Shown here one piece after another: positions 1-21,512 of a stretch of DNA of 23,575 nucleotides. Each line of letters starts with the position of its first letter. Position 1 is the stretch's first letter. The position numbers were made by a program, and so were the translations under genes. Below the pieces are notes generated by a model. It did not search any database, was not told where the DNA came from, and was given only the letters and a program-made list of their open reading frames with translations. The stretch is from Salpingoeca rosetta (taxonomy: Eukaryota > Protista > Choanoflagellata), in assembly GCA_033442325.1 (NCBI GenBank), contig JAWQFM010000002.1:2200413-2223987 (forward strand). The letters are read 5' to 3'.

Positions 1-18
1 CACACACACACACACACA

Positions 19-54
<36 letters not shown>

Positions 55-133
55 CTCTCTCTCTCTCACACTCTCTCTCGCTCTCTCACTCTCTCCCTCT
101 CGCTCTCTCTCTCTCTCACTCTCGCTCTCTCTC
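1..133. repeat. (CA)n followed by imperfect (CT)n microsatellite, intronic in the SDR gene
   Basis: Directly visible; lies downstream of the donor at 278 on the minus strand. Confidence 0.9.
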
Positions 134-278
134 ACGTATGTAACACAATGCGCACATCCAAGAGCAAAGACAGTTGTGCACACTACGAATGGGGTGTTGC
201 AGTTGCCACCAGGCATTCTCAGCAACAAGCCCAACAACAAGCGATGCACACAACACCAGACACTCTGCACATCCTTAC

Positions 279-916
279 ATCAAGGAAGTTGCCGTAGTGG
301 AGGCTAATGGCAGCGTTGCTGACAAGCACGTCGATGCCACCGTATGCACCTGCGCACACCATGCAGTGTACAACGCGATGTCCAACAACAAGAACAACAG
401 AGCGATGCTGGTGAGGAGTACGTAAACATACCCACATGGATAGACACGGCCAGGGACACGTGGCACGGTGCATGGTGTATGGTTCCAACAGAGCAGACAA
501 CAGTGCGAACCAACTTTGTGCGTGCTCGATGAGGGACTTGCGATCGTTCTCCCGTGACACGTTGCACACCGTGCCGGTGACATTCATGCCCTCGTTCTAA
601 CCAACAACACACAGAGGAACACACGTCAGCACAGGCTAACACACACACACACACACACACACGCACACTCACACGCACACACACACACGAGTAGTGGTCG
701 GATTGCTCCTTGTTCTATGTGAATGCCAGGCAAGGGTGCACGCGACTGGATCAATCCAGTTCCCACGCAAGCCAAATACACACCAGCCAGGCTCTGACCT
801 GCAGTTGTGTGACGGCGTCTTCCACATTCTTCTCCCGCCTGCTGCTCACCACCAAGTTTGCGCCTTCCTGTCCCAAGCGCCGGGCAATGGCCAAGCCAAT
901 GCTGCGTTGGTTTGAG

Positions 917-948
<32 letters not shown>

Positions 949-1237
949 AGTGTGTGTGTGTGTGTGTGTGACAACGATGAGAGAAAGACAGAAAGACAGA
1001 CAGAGAAAGACAGAAAGACAGAGAGAGAAAGAGAGAAAGACAGAGAGAGAGAGAGAGGACACAAGACGTATGGAAAGCAATGCACATACACACACACACA
1101 CACACACACACGCGTACATGCACACACACACATGCACACACACACGCGCGCGCGTACATGCACACACACATGCACACATATTCACACCCGTCAGTGGAGG
1201 CTGTGACCACTGCTGTCTTGCCCACAAAGCGCTGCAT
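279..1237 (-). CDS. DHRS4/DHRS2-like classical short-chain dehydrogenase/reductase (partial; 3' exons lie beyond position 1)
   Basis: Exons 1237-1188, 901-799, 596-515, 349-279 joined by GT-AG introns with consistent phases (2,0,1, then a phase-0 donor GTAAGG) give MQRFVGKTAVVTASTDGIGLAIARRLGQEGANLVVSSRREKNVEDAVTQLQNEGMNVTGTVCNVSRENDRKSLIEHAQSAYGGIDVLVSNAAISLHYGNFLD. The TASTDGIG cofactor motif, VVSSR and GGIDVLVSNA are typical of the DHRS4/DHRS2 subfamily. A possible extra 5' exon is at 1356-1319. Confidence 0.88.
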
Positions 1238-2161
1238 CGTATCGGTTGTGCTGACTCAGCAATTTAAATTAACAGTCTTCTTGCTTCACTTGTCACCCAA
1301 GGATGACCATGCGCATACCGCAAGTGCCAGCGAACAGCAATGAACAACGGAAGCATGTCTGAGATGTGTTCCTTGCACGGTTGTTGCTTGGCGAGGTCTC
1401 CAAGTCCCACAGCTTCGACATCCTCCAGGTCACACCGCAGCATCAACAGCGCGCTGCTGCGCCGCTTTCAACAGCAACACGACCCGTGGACTTTATGGAA
1501 GACGAACCAGACACCATGATCGAGTAGAACAGGCTGCTGCTACTGCGTGTCTGATGTCGCACATACTTCCTGTTTGGTGTGTTTGTTCATGTCAGTGGGA
1601 AGAGAGAAGTGCTGTGGGTAATTGTGTCACTTGCTGGGTTATCTGTGGACGACCACTTCGTCTGGTTTCGTTATGTATGGGCTGCAACGCCACTGCTCAT
1701 TCTGCTCGTTTGTGTTGCTTTGCTTTCTCAGCATATTACATTAACCACCGTTCCGCTGCGAGCCAAGTTGTTTATTCATCGTCGTACAGCATCTCACCCG
1801 CCCGTATGCTCGTGAACAGTAAATGAACATGATTCGCATCATGCACACGTACGTGAAGGAAACACGCAATCGAGCACACGTGAAGGAAACACAGCATCAC
1901 ATGTACGTCAATCAAGCCTACGGTAGCAGAGAAGACACACACACACTTCCACGCCACGCACACACACACACACCCACGCCACACACACACACACACACAC
2001 ACAAATACACACGCGCGCACGACCCGCACCACTCGCCGAGGTCACTGATTGCACGATTGGGAAAGGCTGTTTGGGCAAGGCAGGGCGCTAAAAGTGGCAG
2101 CGCTTGTGCACGGTGAGGCCACACAAGTCGCACAAGTACACTTTCTTGCCAACACCGAAGA

Positions 2162-10425
<8,264 letters not shown>

Positions 10426-11766
10426 GGCTCCTTGCGTGTGTGTGTGTGTGGTGTGTGTTGTCCTCTTTGTTTCGTCGTCTTCCGCCTCCTCCACAATCGA
10501 CTTTTACCCACCAACAAAACAAACTCTCTGGCAAAATTGAGATTGCCAACATCAAATCACGACAGCGCTGCCTTGTTTGTTCGCTGCTTCAAGGCACACA
10601 GTGGGTTGCTTGTGGGCAAAGTTTTGCTTGCGCTTGGACTGGACGCGTGCTCGCGTTCGTGCAGTGGCATGCAAGGAAAGTGGTTTACAAGCAGGTAGGC
10701 AAGACTCGATGGGTTGCCCCACCCGGAGGAGAACTACAACAGCAAGGAGGACGAGGACGAGGACGAGGACGAGCGATAAACAGGAAAACAAGCAATCATG
10801 AAAGCAAACAAAGCGGACACAGAAGCACTCAGAAGCACTCGGGTCGAATCGATTGGGGGGTGGAGGACTGACCGAGCGAGCTCGCGCTTTGTTGGTGCTG
10901 CCAAGGGGCTTGCGCCCAAAACGACGCGAGCAAGTGCAAAGGTCAACATGGGGAAATGTAAGACGACGACCACAGGTGAATCACAGTGAAGGTGTGAAGC
11001 AAACACTCGAAATTCAGAACAAACAGATCTGAAAGAAGCAAACACAAAAACACACACGACCACAACCCAAACCAAAGGCCTCGAAATGCACAATCAATGC
11101 GAGCGGCAAACAAAACAAGCAGCAGCAAGGCGCTGAAGCCCAAGCTGAAACGCAACAGAACGAGAGAACGGGAAGATGTGGCAGGCATTTGAATTTGTGA
11201 ACTGTGTGAAAAGAACGAAATGACATGAACGAAGCGGGCAACCCCCGCCTGAGTGGAGAAAGTGGAGAAAGTGAACAAGTGCAGAGAATGGAGGACTTGA
11301 AACAACGTCAAACACCAAACACAAGACACAAAAGCACGGATGGGCTGAAAAGCGCGTACAACTAACTGCACTTCACCGCGATCAAAACAGCCCACCCGTC
11401 ACACCTAACAACGAAATGCACACCGGTGCATGCAGGCAAACCAATCAAACCACACACACACACACACACACACGCACACACACACACACACACGCACACA
11501 CACACACACGCACACACACACACATACACACACATACACACACACACCAGCGTCTGGGACAGAAGAGGGGGAAGATGGGACTGGGGAGAGGAGTAGCAAT
11601 CGTGCCCTAGCTGACTAGCGTACTACGTGGATGTCAATGTGGAAAGTCGAGATCTGAGTCAGACATCTACTTGCCGAGAAGTATTTGGTGCTGAGGTTGA
11701 GGTTGGGGGGGGGGGACGAACGGAGTGAAGCGCAGCAACACAAGCATGACAGCTTCCTGAGAGAGC

Positions 11767-12812
11767 TTATGCCCTCGTATCAGGTCCATGCTCGCCACTC
11801 CCGTCGCTGCTGCCGCTACTGTCACTACTGCTACCACTGCTACTGCTGCCGCTGCCCGCATCACCATCGCCACCACTGTCGCTACTACTGCCACTGCTAC
11901 TGCTGCCGCTGCTGCTGTCGTCACTTCCGTCAGGGTGCGAGCGACGTCCCGCGGTCGTGTTGCTTTTCCGGGCATCCTTGACAGAGGCGCTGGCACCGTC
12001 TGACGTCGAGCGGGCCTGTGCTGCCAGTCCAGTCGGTTGGCCTTGGTCGTGGTTGTTGAGCTTTGTCATCGAAGCACCTGAGACAGCCTCGCTCTTGGGT
12101 TCTGCGCCTTGGGTTTCGGTGTGGCCGTCCATGTCCGCACGTGTCGAGGCAGCAGTGGTGGCGGTATCCTTTGCACCGTTCGCGGTGCCGTTCACTGTGG
12201 CGCTGGCCTGCTGGCCGCCGTCCTGGGACGCCGTGGCAGCCTGCCCTTGCTGCACCTGCTGTGGCTGCTGTTGCAGCTGGGATTGCAAGTGCTGCTGCAT
12301 CTGCTGCATCTGCTGCAGTTGCTGGCCTTGCTGGCCTTGCTGGGCGTAGCTGGTGGGGAACGACAGGCTCATGCCGGGGGACATGAAGCCCATGGCCGCC
12401 CATGCTGCTTGCTCCTCCGGCGTCGTGAAGCCAACAATCTCCGGGCGCTTGCGGCAGTAAGCACGCTCATGTTTGCGGCGGTTGCTGCTGTTGTTGAAGG
12501 CGTAATCGCAGTACCTGCAGCGATACGGCTTGGCGCCTGGTAACGTGTCGTCGTTCGTGATGAAAAGAGGCAAATGAGGCATTGTTGGTTGTCTGTGAGT
12601 GAGCAGTTTATGGGACAATATGCGTGTGTGCATTTGTGTGCGCGTGTGCGTATATCTGTGTGTTGTGTTGTGTGTTGTGTTGTGTTGTGTGTCTGTGTGT
12701 GTGTCTGCGTGTGTGTGTGTGTGTGTTGTGCGTGCGTGTGTGTGTGTGTGTGTCTGCGTGTGTGTGTGTGTGAGAAGCAAGCGGTGGCGTGGAGGACGCC
12801 CAGCGTCAAGAG

Positions 12813-12857
<45 letters not shown>

Positions 12858-12904
12858 GTGTGTGTGTGTGTGTGTGTGTGTGCGTGTGTGTGTGTGTGTG
12901 TGTG

Positions 12905-12955
<51 letters not shown>

Positions 12956-15197
12956 GGCGTGGGCGCATGTGTGTGTGTGTGTATTCGTACACACGCGGTG
13001 ATGCAGGTCTCGCTCTCTTCGTCTCTGGTGTAATGCGCACAGAGGATGCAGGCACAGTGCACAGGTGTAAGGCTGCAGTACGCAGGTGGTTGCATGCACG
13101 CAAACGCCAAAGGCCGTACCGGTATGAATGCGGCGGTGGCGACTCAAGTTGCTGCTGCTGGCAAAGCACTTGCCGCACAGCTTGCACTGGTGTTTTCCCG
13201 TCTGCTTGGCCGAAAAGGAACTGGAACGAATGGCTGCCAGTGGTGCTGCCTCGCTCGAAGGCACCTGCAGTGGGTCCAGAACACGGCCAATGGTGCAGCC
13301 ACGGCATTTGAACAACAATCAATGAGTGCCAACAACCAACCGTGTCAGTACCGAGTCAAGGTTTACACCCAATAAGCGCTTCTGCTTGCATGCATGCACG
13401 CAAGCGAAACGACAACTGAATGCAGCCATCACGTGAAACAAAGCCAAGACAAAGGCCTGTCTTCCCTCCAACATCCCAAGGCCCACCACATGCATGAACT
13501 GACGGACCGCTGTTCCTGGAGTGGCCACTGTTGCCAGAGTCATTGGGGAGGCTGCGTGAGGACCAGATGTTAGAGCCATGGTAGTCATCGTCCCTGGAAG
13601 TGCCATTGACCATGAAGGTTGCTGTGCAGCTGACATTGCGTGGGGAGCTGAGGCCAGCCAAACATACGTGCGGGTGGCGTAGGGCAGACGGATATAGAAG
13701 CCACGGATGACACGCAAACGATAGTATGTGCGGGTGAGATTGTGCGTGTGTGAGCGAGTGTGTGAGCGAGGAGGAAACGCGATTGTGATGCAGGGACAAC
13801 CCCACAGGCCAATGCACTACATGCATGCAATCAAGTCCACGATGACCCACAGGTTTCCACGCTTTCCCGTTTGCACGCCAATGCTTGAGCTTCACGTACA
13901 TTGTGGATGATAGTACTGCAGTGGAGCACCAGCTTGCATGGGGAACATGAGCTGCGGTGGCATTTGCAGATGTCCAAATGAAGCCGGGGCGAAGGATGCC
14001 ATTTGCATCATTGGATATGAAGCCGGTTGAAGCGCCATGGCGTGCTCCTGATGTGCGATGGGTCTGGGTGGGCCTTGCTGCATCTGTGGTTGTTGCTGCT
14101 GCTGTTGTGGCTGTTGTTGTTGTGCTTGCAGCTGCTGTAATGCAGGAAAGGGCATGTAGGAGGGTGCGAGTGCCTGTTGTGCCTGCTGCCCTCCTGTCGC
14201 GCTCGCCAGTTGCGGCTGCTGGCCGGCAAGCGTTGGTGGCATACCCGCAAAGGGTGCTCCCATTGGTGGCTGCGCAAACGCACCAGATGGCTGCTGCTGT
14301 TGTGGTTGTTGCTGTTGTGGTTGTTGCTGTTGTGGTTGTTGCTGCTGTGGTTGTTGTTGCGCTTGTTGTTGTTGGGGCTGCTGCTGAGCAAACGCAAGCG
14401 CGGCTCCCATCGCCTGCTGCTGCTGCTGCTGCTGTTGTTGTTGTGGACCAGCCATCATGTGTTGTGGAAACATCTACAAACCAATTGAGAAGCCACAGCA
14501 TCGTTACAACCAGTGGATAATAATGCATGTGTGCATGGTTGTACATGTAACGTATTGTGCACTGTGGTGTGTGTGTGTGTGGGTGTGGGTGTGTTGTATG
14601 CATGTGTGGATTGTATGTTTGTGTGGATTGTGGATTGGGGTGCATGTGTGGAAAGATGTGTGACTTTGTGTGTGCCTGGCTTTGTGAGTCTGGCGTTGTG
14701 TGTGGCTTCGGTGGCCTTGTGCACGTGCATGGCCTTGTATGCCTTGAAGGTGACGCCAACATGCACCAAGAGAGGATGCAAGGGGCCAAGGATACGATGG
14801 AAGGCCAAAGAGCACCTACCCTGCTTTGGAGTTGGAGAGCGGGGGAAAAGCTTGGGGGCATGGTCGCTGTGGGTGCTTGTTGCCCCTGGGAGGTGGGCAG
14901 GTGAGGTCGAGGGTGGTAGACCATGTTGTGCTGTTGCTGTGGAGGCTGGTGTTGCACCATGTGTGGTTGTTGCTGCTGCTGCTGTTGCTGCTGAAAGTAA
15001 GGGTACGGAGGCGTGATGAAGGCCTGCGCGGGGTTGGTTGCCTGCGCCTGCATGGCTGCCATCATGGCTGCACTTGGCGTCGACGTTTGAAGCGGGACGG
15101 AAGCAGGGGCTTGTGAGGAACCAGAAGCGGCTGCGTGCTGCGCTGACGCCGAGTCCATGGGCGATGGCTGCTTCGTACCATGGCTCTGACGATCCAT
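11767..15197 (-). CDS. Gln/Pro-rich zinc-finger transcription factor A (C2H2 finger + C2HC finger), ~668 aa, 5 exons
   Basis: Exons 15197-14820, 14473-13900, 13647-13508, 13264-13120, 12536-11767 (phases 0,1,0,1; TAA at 11767-11769). Fingers: [52 protein letters not shown], with a TGEKP-like linker. Long poly-Q/Pro/Met N-terminus and Ser/Gly-rich tail. Confidence 0.88.
12623..12982. repeat. Interrupted (TG)n microsatellite cluster in the intron splitting the zinc-finger linker of gene A
   Basis: Directly visible; within predicted intron 12537-13119. Confidence 0.9.
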
Positions 15198-15264
15198 CGC
15201 TGTCAGTCATGGTTTGTTGTGTTGTGTGTGTGATTGTGTTTGTTTGTTTGTTTGTTTGTTTGTT

Positions 15265-15299
<35 letters not shown>

Positions 15300-16517
15300 T
15301 TGTTCGTGTGTGTGTGTGTGTAGTGTGTATGTGTGTGTGTGTGTGTTTGGGTTTGTGTGTGTGTTTGTTTGTGTGGCATAAGCATGTGTGGAAGATTACA
15401 TCTAGGGATGCATGCAGGCACGACGCATGCAGGCACGGCTTTGACGACAAGAAGAAGTAATGCACGGGTGTCGTGTGCATAGCGCTTGCATGGTTTCACT
15501 TGCTTGCAAGCAAAGCGCTTACACCCCACAAGATCCAGGAAGCATCATCAACACTACAGCTGTCCGCACTGACCGATCTCGCCCATTGGGTTGTAGAGGG
15601 GGTGAGCGATAGCGGTCGTGGTGGTGGTCTTCAGGAATCGAGGCTGAAGAGAAACAGGGGAGGGTGTGTGTTCGTGTGTGTGCGTGACAGTCAATTCAGG
15701 GGATGAGAGCCAAGAGTCGATTGCCACGTTGTGAAAGCAGTGCTTTTCCAAAAGCCAACACCGATCGCACACACACAAACACACGCATGCAGGGCAGGGA
15801 TAGTGCTACGTGTGCTATGGGAGCACCTGCAGTTTTAGCAGAGCCGACCGCAGGAAAGCACCTAAACAAACCCACCAGGCGAACGCTGACGATTTGGGAG
15901 ATGTGGATTGTGAAGAAGAGGGGGTAGGGCAGGAAGATTTGATGAAGCTAAAGGGTAAACTGAGTCTGTCGCGGCGTGGTGTTGGTGTGGAAGGGCAGTG
16001 GCCTTCCTTCCTTCCTTCGCTTTCCTTGTTGCTTCCCTTCCTTGTTTTTGCTGTTTGGTGAGAGTTAACAACCACAACTGCAACCGCAGCCAACCAAGCG
16101 GTCGAGGAACGACGATGAAGGAAGCAAAGCACGGGCACAAAGGGCAAGAAGTGCGTGCAGGCGTGTGGGATGGCGAACGTTGACGTGTGTGTGAAGGAAT
16201 GACGCTGTCGAAAAACAGAGGAAAGTGTGTGCGAACGAGCGATGCAGCAATAGTGCGTGATGAACGGCAGAGGAGTTTGTGTGGAGAAGAGTTGGGGCTT
16301 GACCAGCTTTTGTGCCACCGCAATGACGCTTTCTTGGAAATGACGTGAGTGCCTCCCCACCACAGCATGCATGCAGGCAATTATCGTCACTTTGTCCCAG
16401 TTCGAGGCCTCGTTGGTGTGCATTTTTGAACGGGACATTCGGGGCAATCACACATCATTGCATGCAAGCCCAAGAGCATCGAATCAAATGAAAAATTAAT
16501 GCAGGATAATGATGAAG

Positions 16518-16740
16518 GTGTTGTGAGTGTGTGTTGTGGGTGTGTTTGTGTGTTGTGAGTGTGTGTTTGTGTGTTGTGAGTGTGTGGTATGAGTGTGTGT
16601 TTGTGTTGTGTGTGTTGTGAGTGTGTTGTGAGTGTGTTGTGAGTGTGTGTTGTGAGTGTGTGTTGTGAGTGTGTGTGTGTTTGTGTGTTGTGAGTGTGTG
16701 TTTGTGTGTTGTGAGTGTTGGGTATGTGTTTGGGTGTGTG
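16518..16740. repeat. Degenerate TG-rich repeat with recurring GTGTTGTGAGT units, downstream of zinc-finger gene B
   Basis: About 10 TTGTGAGTG(T)-like units embedded in TG runs. Confidence 0.75.
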
Positions 16741-16986
16741 CGTCATCATGAGTGTCATGCGGGTGAAGTGGTGTGATACAAGCATGAATGGTTGGGGTGT
16801 GACTAGCGCTTGAGTTGCTCAGTTGCGCAGTTGCTGGTGCCTTCTAGCTACTAGGCGTATCCTTGTTGAGCTGGGTCTGCTTCAACGGAAAGCTTGCGAC
16901 GACAACGACAACAGCAACGACAACGGCGAAGATGACACGCGGGGAGTCGTGCCGGACGACAATGCCTGTTGCCGTTGCTGCTGTCG

Positions 16987-19659
<2,673 letters not shown>

Positions 19660-20290
19660 GGTGTCGACGGAGGGTGTCCGCCTCGCCTGCTGTGCGTGGC
19701 AGGTGGTCGTGCTCCTGAGGGTTCTTTCTGCTTTCTTCTTATGCGTTCCTTGTCGCCTTTGTCGAAGGAGAAGCAGAGAGAGTGTGTGAGTGTGTTTGTG
19801 GGAGAGAGTGTGAGAGCGTGAGGGGTAGGAGCAGTCGTTGGCACAATCGCGAGGTGCTGATGAACGCTGAAAGTGCGATTGCCACAAAACCAACGGGCTT
19901 GGGTTTGGTCGTTGCGTTGTTGCCTGAAGAAAGGGAGAGAAGAAAGGGAGAGGGGGGGGACAACAGCACAAACACCACCACTTCGTTGTCCCTCCCAACT
20001 GACAACACAACAACTGCCACCTTTTGCTTGCTGTTCTCAAAGCACAACGACACACACAACAAACAAAACTCGCCGCCGCCCCACACATGCGCCCACCTCG
20101 CAGAAGCCAGAACGACAGAAGCAACGCACAAGAAAGAAGGAGCGCGGACGAGTCGTTGCTCGCCCCAAATTGCAGGGGCACTTCTTCAAGCAAGAATTTT
20201 TAAGCAAATCATACGCAAATCACCAAACCACAGTTCTACAACAGCACAAAAAGTGGCGACAGTGGTGGTGTCCGGGTTTTCAAGAGCGTG

Positions 20291-20345
<55 letters not shown>

Positions 20346-20394
20346 TGTGTCTGTGTGTGTGTCTGTGCGTGCGTGTGTGTCTGTGTCTGTCTGG

Positions 20395-21299
20395 NNNNNN
20401 NNNNNNNNNNNNNNNNNNNNNNNNNNNNNNNNNNNNNNNNNNNNNNNNNNNNNNNNNNNNNNNNNNNNNNNNNNNNNNNNNNNNNNNNNNNNNNNNNNNN
20501 NNNNNNNNNNNNNNNNNNNNNNNNNNNNNNNNNNNNNNNNNNNNNNNNNNNNNNNNNNNNNNNNNNNNNNNNNNNNNNNNNNNNNNNNNNNNNNNNNNNN
20601 NNNNNNNNNNNNNNNNNNNNNNNNNNNNNNNNNNNNNNNNNNNNNNNNNNNNNNNNNNNNNNNNNNNNNNNNNNNNNNNNNNNNNNNNNNNNNNNNNNNN
20701 NNNNNNNNNNNNNNNNNNNNNNNNNNNNNNNNNNNNNNNNNNNNNNNNNNNNNNNNNNNNNNNNNNNNNNNNNNNNNNNNNNNNNNNNNNNNNNNNNNNN
20801 NNNNNNNNNNNNNNNNNNNNNNNNNNNNNNNNNNNNNNNNNNNNNNNNNNNNNNNNNNNNNNNNNNNNNNNNNNNNNNNNNNNNNNNNNNNNNNNNNNNN
20901 NNNNNNNNNNNNNNNNNNNNNNNNNNNNNNNNNNNNNNNNNNNNNNNNNNNNNNNNNNNNNNNNNNNNNNNNNNNNNNNNNNNNNNNNNNNNNNNNNNNN
21001 NNNNNNNNNNNNNNNNNNNNNNNNNNNNNNNNNNNNNNNNNNNNNNNNNNNNNNNNNNNNNNNNNNNNNNNNNNNNNNNNNNNNNNNNNNNNNNNNNNNN
21101 NNNNNNNNNNNNNNNNNNNNNNNNNNNNNNNNNNNNNNNNNNNNNNNNNNNNNNNNNNNNNNNNNNNNNNNNNNNNNNNNNNNNNNNNNNNNNNNNNNNN
21201 NNNNNNNNNNNNNNNNNNNNNNNNNNNNNNNNNNNNNNNNNNNNNNNNNNNNNNNNNNNNNNNNNNNNNNNNNNNNNNNNNNNNNNNNNNNNNNNNNNN
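20395..21299. other. Assembly gap (905 N), probably containing the remaining DUF1365-like exons
   Basis: Run of N flanked by TG microsatellites. Confidence 0.99.
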
Positions 21300-21316
21300 G
21301 TGTGTGTGTGTGTGTG

Positions 21317-21401
<85 letters not shown>

Positions 21402-21512
21402 GGAAGGGAGGAAGCAAGCAAGCAAGCAAGCACAAACACAAAGAAAGAAAGGAAGGAAGGAAGGAAGGAAGGAAGGGTAAGACGGCATTGGTTTACATGT
21501 GTTTCCACATAC

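Noticed and set aside
279-1237. SDR as part of a lipid gene cluster with the UfaD/UfaO-like fusion
   Set aside because: It is a typical eukaryotic DHRS4-type enzyme about 20 kb away, separated by three unrelated genes.
13356-15197. Unspliced 613-aa ORF as the gene A product
   Set aside because: It reads through two CA-rich introns and leaves the Q-rich frame; the spliced model reaches the zinc fingers with canonical sites.
16518-16740. Telomere-like or CRISPR-like array
   Set aside because: Irregular degenerate TG repeat with no constant unit or unique spacers, in a eukaryotic context.
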